Shown: piece by piece, positions 32,418 through 46,250 of the stretch
How the letters are laid out: each line of letters starts with the position of its first letter
Position numbering within the stretch: position 1 is the first letter of the stretch
Made by a program: the position numbers and the translations under genes
The notes under the pieces: generated by a model
The model's database searches: none
Told to the model about the DNA's origin: nothing
The model's input: the letters and a program-made list of their open reading frames with translations, nothing else
NCBI RefSeq assembly: GCF_009914755.1
Contig: NC_060928.1
DNA length: 64,000 bases
Direction: 5' to 3' (one strand)
DNA from: the human T2T-CHM13v2.0 reference genome, Homo sapiens

Positions 32418-33589
32418 GAAATCTATTCCAATGAGAAATGAATAATTTCTCAAAATATACCTAAAATTTAGGGTCATAGATGCAGAGCACTTGTTGCAGA
32501 ATAATATTTAGGCAAATCATTGTTCCTGGAAGATTTTGTTTTTAAAAATGTCACCTCTCTGTCAATTTATAGATGAAGATGCTGGATCCCAGCATGGAGA
32601 AAATTCATATTTTCCCAGTGTGTATCTAGAGCTGTCCAGACCTTTTTGTCTCTAATCCTGGCTGGGTTAATATCCAGAGCCCTGCTTTTGTACACTGCCT
32701 GAGGTAAGAAATTGATATGTGTCATAATGATGACTTACTCTTACATTAATATATTTTTTGTCTTTTCAGTTGAATACACTTTAGCCTTTTATCTCTTAAG
32801 TGAAAACAGGATAAAGCCAAGGTAAGAGCCGTAAGACTGGAAGTGAGAGCAAGCCTGCAGTCCCCAAGGGAAGGCTCTTCTACAAATGTCCAGAAGATTA
32901 TGTCCATATGTCTTTCTGGAACTTTTGCCAAGATAGTCACAGGATCAAAATTACTTCTTCGTGGCCATTATGCAGTGTCACATCTTACAGAGCCAAAGGA
33001 ATAAATTCCAGACATACAGAACACACGTCCCTTCAGCCTCTCTCAGGCAGGCTGTCGACTCTGCAGCATTAATGCACAAATCAAAAAAGGCAGCCAGAGC
33101 CTGAAGACTTTTTCTGCTAGCCTATTCCTTACTGTCCGCCTTCCTAATGCACTGGAGTGAAAAACCTACAGCCAGGCCCTTGTCCTTCACGCTGTGTACC
33201 CCCATGCTGGCACTCCCAGGCTAGAAAAAAGAAAAAAAAAAGAGCAAGGGAGGGAAGAGAAAACAGAGGGAAGAGATTTTATCAAGCAACAAAGGAGAAA
33301 AAGCCATGTTTTCACGAACCCTTTAGTAGAGGACCTACCACAAAAAATTTGACTTGTGCTCCTGTCCCTTAACTGGCCAAGAAAGCATACTCTAAATGCC
33401 ACTCCTCCTTCTTCTCAATGTCCCTCTCTTTATCTTCCTCCCTGATGGTCTGTCCTCTACAGCCGAATGCTTCTGAATGTTTTTACTCTTAGAAACAGTA
33501 TGATTCCTGTCAAACCACAGCTTAAACTTTACAGAAAAGCTCTTGAGCTTTCATTCCTGTAACCAAGATCAGCGATCTGTCATGTACAG

Positions 33590-34050
33590 CGGCATTTCCA
33601 ACTGACTGCTAGAAATCTCTGCCTTGATGCCCTGCCAGCACCTTGAAATTGACAGTTCCACAATCTTAGCATCTTCCCTCCTGAAAGAAATGTTCCTTCC
33701 CTGGACTTTTTTTTTTCTGTGAATGACAAACCACTCTCTCAGTCATTCCAGCCTCAAACTTTGAAATTATATCTGATTACTCAGTGGTATTGTCACATGT
33801 TTTTGGTGATCACCAGGTTTCTAGAATGGGTGGCTAAGTGGAGGTGATGCCACTATGGAAAAATAAGCAGGTGTGTGGAAGAGGATATTAATTGCAATTT
33901 TGGACATTGCTTTGAGATGTCAGTGAGACATCTAAGTAGATATATGCAGGGCTAGTGGAAAATACCAGTCTGAAAGCCAAGAAGTCTGGACTGAAAAGAT
34001 AAGTTTCAGAGTCATCAGATCAGTGGTAGTGAAGATGTGAGAGTGATGGA
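33590..34050. mobile_element. Two opposed L2 fragments
   Basis: L2 motifs on + to ~33780 and on - from ~33810; degenerate. Confidence 0.5.
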
Positions 34051-34299
34051 GTGATGGGGTTACCCATAACAAGGGTGGAAGGCGTAATATGTTTTAAAAG
34101 TTTTTAGTAGATATATTTTTTTTTCTTGGGAGCAAACATGAGGTTTCTGGATCAGAGGCAGAGTTATTATAACCACGTGGGTTCCTCACATCCCATTCTC
34201 CCATTTTAGGGTAATGGGATGACCAGATGTCACTCTACATATGTAAAGAAATTTTTTTTCATTATAGAAGAGGAATTCTAAAATTATGGATCTGGCAAT

Positions 34300-36020
34300 C
34301 AGTCACAAAGTTTTCTTGTATGTTTTTCCCTAGACATCTTATAGTTTTAGGTTTTACATTTTGGTCTATAATATACAGGAGTTAATTTTTATATATGGTG
34401 TGAGGTATGGATCAATGTTCTTTTAAAAAATAGATATTCAATTGTTCACCATCATTTGAAGACAAGACTATCACGTCTCCACTAAATTGCCTTTGCACCA
34501 TTGTAAAAAAAAGTCAGTTGTTTGTGTATACATAGATCTATTTCTGGACTCTCCACTTTGTTCCATTGATTTATATGTCTATCTTTCCACCAATACAATA
34601 CTGTGTTAACTATTATAACTTTATTATAAACCTTGGTATTGGTTAGTGTTCATTCTTTAACTGCGTTGTTCATTTTCAAATTCATTTTGGCTATCCCTTG
34701 CTTTTCCATGTACATTTAAGTATCAACTTGCTAATTTCTACCAAAAAACCTTGCTGGGATTTTGATTGAGATTACATTGAATCTATAGATTAATTTGGGG
34801 AGAACTGATATTTTAACAATTTGAGTCGTGTTTAATTTATTGAGTTCTTTTCATTTAGTTCTCTAATTTCTCTCAGCAATATTTTGTAGTTTTGAGTGTA
34901 TTTGTCTTACACAATTTTGTCATATTTGTCTCTAATTATATGATTTTTGTGCCATTATAAATGGCATTGCTTTAAATTTTCAATTTCTAATTGTTTGTTA
35001 TGAGTTCATAGAAATATGGTTGATTTTTTATGTTGAAATGCATTATGCAACCTTGCTGAAAACACTTACTCATTCTTTGAGTTTTTTGGTAGATTCCATC
35101 AGATTTTTTGCATGGAAAATCATGTTGTCTTCAAGTAAAATGAGTTTTACTTATTCTTTTAAGGTCTAGATGCATTTTTTTCTTGGTTTATTGCACTGAC
35201 TAGAGCCTTCAGGACAAGGTTAAATAGAAATGGTGAGAATGCACATTCTTACTTTGTTCTTAATCTTAAGGGAAAAATTTGCTTTTGTATACTTACCTCT
35301 ATAGTTGCCAGTTCTGGCACTCCTTGTTCCCTTGCGTAGATATATATATTTCCATTTGTTATCAGTTGCTTTTTGCCTCAAGAACTTCCTTTAACATTTC
35401 TTATATGCAAGTCTGCTGCTGATGAATTATTGTAGCATTTGTATGTGTACAGAAGTCTTCATTTTGCCTTCATTATTAAATACTTTTTTGTTGTGGCTAT
35501 ATGTAGAATTCTAGATTGACAGCTAGTTTATTTTTATTTCTTTAAAAGACATTGCTCCAATGTCTTCTTACTTCCATTGTTTCAGACAAGAAATCAGTTG
35601 TAGTCCTTATCATTGTTCTTCTGTATATAATTTCTTTTCTCTCTGGCTGCTTGTAGGATCTTCTATTTATCACTGGCTTTAAGCAATTTTGTTTGTTGTG
35701 CCTTGTGCTTGAGATTTGTTTAGCTCTTATATCAATGGATTTATGGGTTTCTCCAAATATGGAAAATTTTCAGTGATTATTTTATCAAATATTTTTTCTG
35801 GCCTCCTCCTCCCTCATGCCCTTCAGGGACTCCAATTTCTTATGTATTAGGCTTCTTAAAGTTATCTCACAGCTTAATGAGGCTTTTTAAATTTTGAAAA
35901 TTTCTGTGCATTTTTATTTGAATAGTTTCTATTGCCATATCTTCAAGTTCACTAATCTTTTTTTTTCTGCAATGTTTCATCTGCCATGAGTACCATACAG
36001 TGTATTTTTCATCTTAGATA
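34300..36020 (-). mobile_element. Old L1M fragments (ORF2 portion, then ORF1-side portion)
   Basis: Antisense L1 motifs TCTATTTCTGGACTCTC, GGGATTTTGATTGAGATTACATTGAATCTATAGAT, AGAATTCTAG. Confidence 0.8.
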
Positions 36021-36220
36021 TGCCTTTTACAGTGAGGTGTGTGAAGGAAGAAGCACATTCACCAGGTGGGCATTCGGGATCCTAAATAAGTTTTCCAAAG
36101 TGGGTGTCTGGGATTTATTCTCTTTGTGCATTTGCTGACCCTCCCTTTTTTTCAATATTAATTTTTATCCATGTTATGCATAGATAGTTTAATAAGTCAG
36201 ATAGTTTCTTAAGGTATATA

Positions 36221-36650
36221 TGTTAGTTAGAATTAGTTTCATCTGTATTTAACAGAAACTCCAAATAACAGGGTCTTAAATATATAAAGCTTACTCATTC
36301 ATAGTAAAAGCTGTTTCATGCTAGTCAGTCCATAGCTTATTTGGCAGTTCCTGAAGTTATTGGAACCATAGGCTCCTTCTACCTTTCTGTTTCTCCATCC
36401 TTTGTCAGATAAGCTCCAGTCACTCATGTCTGCATTCTAGGCAGCAGAAAGATGAAAAGGGGGAGAAACAAAGGGGCATGTCTGTCTGATAACTCCTGCT
36501 TACATCTCACTGGCCAGAATAAAGTCCCATTGCCACATCCAGCTGCAAGAGCATCTAAGAAGCATGGATTTTTATCTGAGCCTACTGCTGTTATGAGTAA
36601 AATTGGGGTTTTATTACCAAGAACAAAGGGAAGAATGGTGGGCATCATTT
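36221..36650 (-). mobile_element. MLT1 (J/K-like) MaLR LTR
   Basis: CTGCTTACATCTCACTGGCCAGAA..CCAGCTGCAAG motif. Confidence 0.65.
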
Positions 36651-36679
36651 CTAAGAAGGACTCCTGAGCCATCTTCCTT

Positions 36680-37850
36680 CTTACCCTAATTGTACTCCCT
36701 AGAGGCAACTACTTTTAGCTCTTCTGACTGTTTTTTCTAGGATTTATTTCATATTCAGACAACAACAACATTGTCCTGCTAATTCATTATTTCCTTATTT
36801 TAAATAGGATGAAATGAGGATTTTGCCTCTCTTGTACCCTTATTCCCATACCACTTCCACTTCCCTTCACCCATTTTTCCAAAATAATTGTCATAATTTT
36901 ATTCACTCAAAGTTTATATTGTTATGATCATGTTAATATTATTCAAAGCTGAGTCATGTAGTATACTGTAATTACATATTCCTAAATTTAAAAAAAGTTC
37001 ACTAAATTATTTTTTATTTGCTTAGTTTTATATGTCTCTAGTTTATTCCTGAGCTTTTAATTTAAGTATATATTGCTTCCTCAGTACAGTCAAATTTGTC
37101 TACCAATTTCATTTTTGTTTGAGGGATATGCTTCTGGATACCTTTGTTTCTTTTATTTCTGACCTGGAATATCTGCTGTCTGGTCTTGATACACAACTGT
37201 CTTCCTGAGCAATCCCATCATCCTCAACCTGGGAATTCCCTTTACTCCTTGCATGTTTTGGGTCTCCTATTTCCTTGTTCCCATCTTATGACTGCATTCT
37301 TTGTTTGTTCTCTTGTTTTGGTAAGGCACATTCTCTAGTATCTTCCAGAGAATGGACACACTGAACATAACTATTTTTGAAATATATATCTGAAAACCTC
37401 TTAATTCTAGCCTCATACTTGATTGATAGTTTGGATGGTTTTAGAATTCTAGATTGGAAATAATTTTCCCCAGACTTAAAAACAGATTTTTTTTTTTTCT
37501 CATAGATGTTTTAAGCCATTTGAGTTTTTCTCAATAGTGTTCCATTTGAAAAGTGCTATGACACTCTGCTTCCAAGTCCTTTTATGTCACCTGGTTTTTT
37601 TCTTCTTGGGATGTTTTTATAATCTTTTTATTCCTAGTGTTCTCAAATTTCATAACAGTGTCAATTTATGTGGGTCTTGTTTTCATGTACTGAGCTGGAC
37701 ATTTCATTGATCAGCTCAACCTGAAAATTTATAACTTTTGGTTCTGGAAAAAATTTTTGAATTATTTCCCTGGTAATTTCTTCCTGTCTGTTCTCTTTCC
37801 AGAGCTCCTACTATTTGGATGTTGAGCCTCCTAGACTGATCTTTTCTCTC
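36680..37850 (-). mobile_element. Old L1ME fragment
   Basis: TCTGAAAA..TGATAGTTTGG..TAGAATTCTAGATTGGAAATAATTTTCC. Confidence 0.6.
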
Positions 37851-38489
37851 AATATCTTTGATACTGTGGCTTTATGCTTTGTTTTATGCATTTCGGTCAT
37901 TTTTACATAATTTCAAGCAGTAATGGTAAATGCATATGTCCAGTCCTCTGCATTTAACTGGAATCCTCTGATCTCTTTTCAGATACTTTACTGCAGGTAA
38001 GGAAACTATTGTAGAAATCCATATGGCATGTCTGAGATGAGCACCAGGCTTTTTTTTTTTTTTCTGGTCTGATTCTCCCACTTATCAAACTCTTCTTTAG
38101 GATATTTACACTAAGTAGAAACAAAGGCAAGTAAATGAAAGTAGAGCAGGACCAGGTGCAAGCCCCTTGGGCACATTATCCACCTTCGCTGTTGCTAGGT
38201 TTACTCATTTCAGAGATGAAGGCCAATAATACCCACTTTTTATAGCTCAGGCTTGTCTTGATGAACAAATGAGGGCATGTAGATGAAGATTTTTGGAAAG
38301 ATATGTAGTGGCATATAAATGTGAAAGATTATAATTCTCCAAAAGGAACATAGAACCTCCTGATGAATGCTCAATTAGAACATGCTGTTGCTCTTTTTGG
38401 CCAAGGGAAAATATAAGGCAAGAATCCAGTAAGATAGTAGCAAGATCAGTGGAAAGGAAGGTCACAGAGGAAGCTCTGGGCAGTGGATG

Positions 38490-38945
38490 GAGTGGAGGCC
38501 TTTCAGATAGACAAGATTCACACCCTGATTTTAGGACTCGCTGGATCATCCATAAAGTATCCTTTTCTGCAAAATGAGGAAAATAATACTTACCTTGTAG
38601 TGTTGCTTTAAGGAACAGACTTACAGAGACAAAAATAAATATAAAGCCTTGGTACATAGATGGCATCCAATAAATAATAGCAACTGTCAGTGGCTAGGCT
38701 CACTGGCTCTGGAGTCGAGCTGTCTGGGTTCTGTCCCATTCTGTCATTTATGAGTCAAGTGATATGGGGACAAATGACTCAACCTCCCTGTATCTCTTTC
38801 TTCATCTGTAAGATGGGACAGTAACATTAGCCACCTCATCTAGTGGTTGTGAATATTAAATATGTTAGTTAGTGGAAAGTATCTATAATAGAGCCCTGGT
38901 ACATAAAAATCAGTGCTTAATAAACATTAGCTATTATGATTGTTG
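38490..38945 (+). mobile_element. Two tandem MIRs
   Basis: Two TCTG(C/T)AA(A/G)ATG cores, each with a MIR 3' tail. Confidence 0.75.
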
Positions 38946-39030
38946 TTAGCTTATAAGCAAGGCAATTATTTCAACCATGTATTGAGTCATCATTCAGAGT
39001 CCAAATAAAGTTGCAATTTAATTTGTGTGC

Positions 39031-39383
39031 TGCCTTAGTCTGTTTGGGCTGCTACAACAAAATACCTTAGACTGGATAATTTATAAACAAAGATTTATTG
39101 CTTACAGTTCTGGAGGCTGGGAAGTCTAAGATCAAGGCACCAGCAGATTTAGTGTCTGGTGAGGACCCATTCCTCATGGATGATGCCTTCTATGTGTCCT
39201 CACATGGTAGAGGGGATGAACAAGCTCTTTTGGGCCCCTTTTATAAGGGCACTAATCCCATTCATGAGGGTGGAACTCTCATGACCTAATCGCCTCCCAA
39301 AGGCCTAACCTGTTAATACCATTACCTTGGGGGTTAGGTTTCAACACGTGGATTTGGGGGGGATGCAATTATTCAGACCAGCA
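39031..39383 (-). mobile_element. MLT1A-type MaLR solo LTR
   Basis: TG...CA ends; 5-bp TSD TGTGC on both sides. Confidence 0.88.
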
Positions 39384-39810
39384 TGTGCTACAGTAAATTT
39401 GCACATAATAAATAAATAGAAGTTACTTGTCCTAATGTCAGGTGGCTCATTATCTAAAGGGCCTCCACTTCTGTGTTCCTGGTCCCATAGGTCCTTAAAC
39501 TAGGGCTGGGGTGAGAACATTTGAAGATGTTCTGGTGTCAGGGCTCTGAGCCAAGTCCTGATTCTCATTCTGAAAAGAAAAAGCCCTAAATTGAAAAACA
39601 ACAAAGGGAAGAAAGATCAACTATCTCCAAATCAGCCTTCCAGATTTCATGGGCATAACCAAATAGCTTCAGACACGACGGCCTTTCCATTCGATGCAAA
39701 AACTGAGATCTTATAGAACTTATTGAATCTTGCCTTCCTGACTTCAGATATCCAAATACCAGCTGGCTACTCCACCCAGTGACTGGATGGACTATGGAGA
39801 TCTCCTAAGC

Positions 39811-40147
39811 CAGGGGTCCCCAACCCCCAGGCCGCAGACTGGTACCAGTCTATGGCCCATTAGCAATCAGGCCTCACAGCAGGAGGCTAGTGACCATTAC
39901 TGTCTGAGCTCCGCCTCCTGTCAGATCAGCTGTGGCATTAAGTTCTCGTAGGAACATGAACCCTATTGTGAACTGCACATGCAAGAGATCTAGGTTGCAT
40001 GCTCCTTATGAGACTCTAATGGCTGATGATCTGAGGTAGAAAAGTTTCCTCCCGAAACCATCCCCCTGACACACCTCCAGCCCAGTCTGTGGAAAATCTG
40101 TCTCCCACTAAATGGGTCCCTGGTGCCAAAAAGGTTGGGGACTGCTG
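39811..40147 (+). mobile_element. MER1B (hAT-Charlie MITE)
   Basis: CAGGGGTCCCCAACC..GGTTGGGGACTGCTG; 8-bp TSD TCCTAAGC/CCCTAAGC. Confidence 0.92.
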
Positions 40148-43100
40148 CCCTAAGCTTCATCAGGCTGCAGAGCTACTCAGTGCCCCGCACCGGGCTGCCA
40201 GCTCTATGCTGTGGCTTGGTTCCAACTTATAAGGATGGCAGCATTGCCCAAGCACCCAATGACTATTTTGTTGAATGAATAACCACTGGGGGAGGAGGTA
40301 ATACACTGAGTATGTATGTGTTCCTAGCATATCATGTATCTGCTATATCAAGGCAATATCTAGCTTATGGTTTTAAAGGTAATATGTAGTGTTTGCTCCC
40401 CTACCCTAAGCTCATGGCACTTGCACTGTAGTGGGTGTTGTGTTTGTGCCTCCTTTAAAAAACTGTGAACCCCTCAAAGGCAGGGGACTTATTTGTTATC
40501 TGGGTAATTTGAGGAATGGATGAATGAATGAATTTGTCATTAGGCACATATTTGTTGAGCTCCTAGCAATGATCTGGAGATATAACAGTGCTCAAGACAA
40601 ATGAGGTCTGTGAGCTCATGGAGCTTACATTTTAGAGAGGGAAACAAGCCATAAATGAATAAATGAACAAGGAAATTTCAATAGTGAGTGCAAAAAAAAA
40701 AAAAACCCCTCATAAATTCTATCAGTGCAAAGTTTTTGGCATTTTCTTATAAGGAAAACGTAGTATGTAATTTGGCCCTGAGTGCCTTCTCTGTGCAACA
40801 GATCTCTACAGAGGAAAGAAGGATAGACTGCAAGAATTTATCTAAATTACTAAACTGTAATGATCTAGTTCTCCAAAATGAGACAAGCAGCAGCATTGCT
40901 TAAGTGTTTTAACTTGGCCTGCAATTTGCTAATCAGAGGCTAGAGGTGACATGCCATAAAACTGCACAGGCTTTTAACTGATAGGTTTACAGAAGGTTCA
41001 CAGCAAATCTGTGCCCTGTAATTGAAATTTAAAGGCACAAATCTCAGGTCATTTGAATAAAACAGCTCAATACTCCTATCTTTTCTATCTTCTAAAAATG
41101 GAAGGAAAACATATGTCAGAAATAATCTGATATAGGTCCATAACTGCCAGTGAAGAAAAAATTGAGAGCTAGTGGCAACCAAGTCCTTACTTTAGGTAGC
41201 CACAGCACTTTTAACATGTAGGTGTGGATAGGAAAAATTCTTTCTTAAACACATAATAAACATATTTTGGAGATACTGTTCTACATTGTCTACATGATAC
41301 AAACGGAAACAAACTTAATTAGCCTAGACCAAATTTCACCCTGATGCACATAGATAACTCCCACTGTGATCATTATGCAAAAGCCAAGGTGGTGTTTGGA
41401 TCTTGGAATAATGTGTGTTTTTCCAAGGGCAGAAGTTGATCTTTAACACATAGGCAAGTAATAATCTCCACCTGTGGCTTTCACAGAAACTTATGTTTTA
41501 GGGGTTCCTGTGATGGTGGTGGTAGTGGTGGGAACTTCTGGTCCTCTGTGATTAGTTAGTAGTCTGTTGGTGGCCAGGAAATGGGACAAACAGCAACTGT
41601 GGCCATGAAACAGACACACCGTCAATGAGGGTCTACCTCACCAGTGCTTCCCTCCACTAGCATTGCTTAGTTTTCTTTCTGATCCATGTTCTGTAGATGC
41701 CTGAGCCAAGGAGTGGGGCAGAAGAAAAATAAGGTCTTCTACTTTTCCTCCATAGCCATATTCCTTATGCTTCAAAATCCCGGAATGAAAATCATTGACA
41801 TTTGGGTTAAGGGGTGTACCTTTAAGTGTGTATTAAGTCAAATTCCATAAAATGATAAAAATAAATTACATATTTATTCTAGGCATCCATGAAAATAGTG
41901 TGAGAATAAATTATTCCGAAGTGATTTCTCCTCAGAAAAGAGCTATTATACAATTTCTACACTTGCCCCTAATGTTTCACTTAGATTTATATTCATAATG
42001 TTATCAGAACACATTAATCCAAGCAAGACACTGCCCAAGAACTTCAGTTATTATTTCCTTATGTATGTACACATGCATTTATGAAGCTGAAGGAAGCGCA
42101 CGCATGCAAATAGATAGACAAACAGACACACAAACACATGATGCTCCATCTCATACAGTACAATCATTTGTGACATGCTAATTTCTAGTAGGTGCCCCGT
42201 CAATTGGTTTCACAGCTTAGCTATTCATCGTCAGACAGAGTGTCTGTGTTTCCCCCATGCACTTCCAGTTCACGGAATAGTGCCAGACTGGCATCTTGTC
42301 TTGTGACTTGATAACAGATTCCATTAATAGTGTATCCACTGGGACTAACATCCAGTCCCTCTCAGCTGGGAGAAATCTGGCAATTAGTGCCAGCCCGAAG
42401 GACTGCAAGGGCTGGGAGCCTCGCATGCCAGGTCATGCATAAGAGGCTGACTGTGAATTCACACCATATATATGCACAAGGAATTACAAAATGGGAGCTT
42501 TGAAAAACAAAAAACAAAAAACAAAAAAAAATGAGGGAGTATACTGGGTAAGAACTTTCCTGATATCTGCCATCCCCACTTTGTGAAATTGGGGATGAGA
42601 CAAAATCGTCATTGTTTCATTAGATTGGGACCATGCCTAGCTCTGAGCTCCATTTATTTCTCAGCACATTGCTAGTTCTCAATGATTATCATTATCATTA
42701 TTAATGATGGTAATAATTGACAACATGATAAACAACTTGAAAAGAGCTAGTTTCCTGAAGGAAAAAAAATAAGTCACTGTAATAATGGCTCTTTTACACA
42801 GGAACAAATAGAACATTTGTGTCTTGGTATTTTAAATTATGTCTTTGTTTGCTGAGGCTGGAGGGCACAGGGTGCAATTTTAAACTCCAATAAATGAACA
42901 GATGAATTAGCATTAGGAAAAAGGGTACATGTTAGTCAAAACCAGCCATTTGGACTTGGGGTCCTTAATGATATGTAGATTTTCTGTCTTGCTTCTTTCA
43001 TTCTAATATCACTTATTCCTGGATTTGCAGAACTGGCTTTACCCATAACAGGAGGAAAATGTTGCTTACTGGGTGCTGAGGTTTTAGGCCATGGCACATA

Positions 43101-44355
43101 AAATAGTTCTTCCGAAGGAAATCCCTTTAACAGAGGTAAAGTGTAAAATGCCAATATGCTAAAAGCAAGGACCAAGAAGGACCTGGAGCTCCTGAGCCAG
43201 CCAGCTTCTCTTTCTGACTTTATTCAGTCACTAGAAGGAAGGAAGACAGATGTGGATCATCAGTTTCTGAAAATTTGAGAGTTAATTAATTTTTTTCCCA
43301 GAAGACTTAACAAAGACACTACTCAATAGTCTTACTGAGAAAAATGTGTGTGTTTCCTCCTACCTCTATCTTAAAACATTTTCCTGCACTTACCTGCAAG
43401 GAGAACATATTTAACTTGGTCAATCATTTCAATGAAACTGGAACTAGAAAAAATTAACATTTCCTGCAATGTGAAATAATTGCTCCAGCTTTTCTACCCC
43501 TACTCTTTCTGTAATTTACAATGACATCTAATATTGGAATAAAAACTCAGATATGATCTAGAGAGCTTGAGTGTATTTCTTTTTGAAGTGGTTTGGCATG
43601 AATGTATTTGTGCAACTGAACTCATTTGTTTTAAAAGATGGCAGAGTAGATTTTACCCAGGAAATCCCTTAGAATTCTAAATATACATTCTCTGGGGTAT
43701 GCATTTATTTTCCGAATCTGGTAAAAAAAAAAAAATACATAGGAATCCATTTGACTAATAAAGCCTTTCTTGAAATATCAGCTTGGTAGATAAAGTGTCA
43801 ACTTGGTGGAAGTAATAATAATAAAGATGATAATATCTCCTTGGAAAACAGATTGAGCAACATTTCATCCCCTTTTTTCCACAGAGCATCAGGGGCCAGC
43901 TGTACTGAATCTTCAGATCATGAATTTACATTGCTCCCCGATGCCTCATTTCCTTGGGCATCTTTACTTAAGGCCCTAAAAGCAACTCACACATGCTTGG
44001 AGAACCATTGTCCCAGCCCCTGTTTCCAGCTTTATCATTGATTCCTCATCACCTTTAACTATACAGTTGGAAAATTTCTTGCCCTGTGCTTAAGGCTGAG
44101 TTCCATCTTGGTGCACCTATATTTGGTTCCTCTTGGAGCCACTAAACACAGTTTCTGAGTATGGAGGAGTCTTTTCTAGATATCCCACATGTTCTGGCTG
44201 AGCTAACAACCCACCTGCAGCTACACCCTCCAACCACTTCTGCACCTGTGAAGAGACAGAGAACATCCCACTTTCTGTGCAAGGGGCTTTGCTTCCTCTG
44301 TGTTCTTCCCTGTCCTGGGTGAATACCCTATTGAAGTGTTTCCTTGCAGAGTATT

Positions 44356-45454
44356 GCTGTTTGTTTCTTCAGGCTACCATCAAAAACGGCCACAAATTGG
44401 GTTACCTGAAACAAGAGAAACTTATTCTTGTACAGTTCTGGAGGCCAGAAGTCCAACATCAAGGCATTGGCAGGGTTGGTTCCTGCTGGAGTTTCCCAGG
44501 GAGAATCTATTTCTTGTTTCTCCTGGCTTCTACTGTTTGCAAGGAAGCCTTGGCATTCCTTGGCCTGTGGCTGCTTAACTCCCACCTCTGCCTACTTCTT
44601 CATGTTGCATCCTCCCCTGTTTGTGTCTGTGTCTCTTATCCTCTTCTTATAAGGACAACAGTAATGTTGGATTAGGGCCCTGCCCTAATCTGGTATGACT
44701 TCATCTTAACTTTATTACGTCTGCAAGGACCCTATTTACTGTTGTCCAAAAGACCACCAAGATGGCTAAACAGTAGAAAGGAGAGGTTTATTGGTGATAT
44801 CAGTTTGCAAGCCAGGCAGAGAAAGTCTCCAGTGTAGACTAAAGGTGCTCTCTTTTTGAAGAGGGGAAGGGGGGCAGGTTGGGTTTCATGCCCCACAGGG
44901 TCTGTATTATACAATAGAGTCATACATATTCAGCAGGTTCAGGAGAGAAGCTGTATATATTTATGAGGGGAACTGAGCACATTTGTAATGAGTAAATGCA
45001 TATGTGACATACATTCCATGGGTTTTAGATTAAAATGAGGTAGAATTTGGCTCTTTATGTCAAAAGGTGAACTATGGGATATAATGACAGTTTGTGCACT
45101 GTGTCTATAAGCTGGCTGAAACTGGTGTGAGGTTTGCAATTGCTTATCAGAAAAGAATGTTTTTAAAGCTGGTCCTGCTGTGCAATCAGAGTTGTAGTGG
45201 TCTGGGTTATAAATCAGAGCCCATAGCTCCTGTTGTTAGGGAGTTTAGCCATAGGAATTTAGAAATTAGTCATGCAAGCCTGGACTTGAACCCTTGACTA
45301 TAGCTAACTTTGTTTCCTTAATCTTTGGGTCCATCTTGATAAATGGGCACCTATTTTGGTCTCTCAGATCACATTCCATGTAAGTCACATTTACAGGTAT
45401 TGAGGGTTAGAACTTAAACATATCATTTTGGGGGACACAATTTAATCCATAACA
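44356..45454 (-). mobile_element. MLT1B/C MaLR LTR split by an ERV1 LTR
   Basis: MLT1 sequence stops at CCTATTTAC (44739) and resumes at TTCCATG (45374); GTATT on both outer flanks. Confidence 0.85.
44740..45373 (-). mobile_element. ERV1-class solo LTR (family uncertain) nested in MLT1
   Basis: TG...CA ends; 4-bp TSD TTAC/TTCC. Confidence 0.75.
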
Positions 45455-45498
45455 GTATTACAATATTTCTTTACATTGTTACCTTTTTTACTTTATTT

Positions 45499-46250
45499 TG
45501 TAATAGCCTGATGGGTTCATCTTGCCCACTGCCCAGAAAAGCAAAAGCACCGAGAACAGTAAGTATTACAGGAAAGAAAGAGTTTAATTATCGTAGGGCC
45601 AGCCAAGTGGAAGAAGAGAAGACATTCCTCAAATCTGCCTCACTGAGAGCTTGGAGGCTGGGATTTTTAAGGTTAATTTGGCAAACAGGGGGCTTTGGAA
45701 TGGGTGCTGTTAATTGGTTGGGGATGAAATCATAACAGTGTCCAAACTGTCTATGCCTACTGAGTTAGTGGCTGTGTGATGGTCACCAGTTAAATCAATT
45801 CCTTGATATGTGTTACGGGTCTGGTGGAGTCAGTCAGGATGCAAAAGTCTGAAAATTATGTCAGAGACTTATCTTGGGTTTTGACAATAGTGATGTTACC
45901 TATAGGAGCCAGTTGGGGAAGTCACAAATCTTGTGACCTCAGCTCCATGACTCGTGAGCACTAAGGGATTTTAGAAAGGCAAGATAGGGAACAATGGCTG
46001 GTTATTGTTTAACTATGCTTATGCCTTCCAGAATGTAGTCCCCGTCCATAAACATAACCTTGCGGCCTTTCATTAGTCTTACAAAGGTGATTTTGGTCCC
46101 TGAGCAAAAAGGGAGTTCGTTTCTGAAAAGGACTGTAATCATCTTTGTTTTAAAGTTAACAAAGGCAGTTAGCTTGTAAGATTAGAAGCAAGGTGGAGTC
46201 AACTATGTCAGATTTCTTTCACCGTCATAATTTTTGCAAAGGCAGTTTCA
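45499..46250 (-). mobile_element. LTR8-family ERV1 solo LTR
   Basis: Minus strand begins TGAAACTGCCTTTGCAAAAATTATGAC..GACTCCACCTTGCTTCTAA; ends CA. Confidence 0.82.

Noticed and set aside
40390-40690. Tail-to-tail L2 fragments as a possible miR-28-like hairpin
   Set aside because: No extended base-paired stem visible across the junction.
42096-42109. GCGCACGCATGCA NRF1-like motif
   Set aside because: Mismatched to consensus and lies in a CA-rich low-complexity tract far from the promoter.
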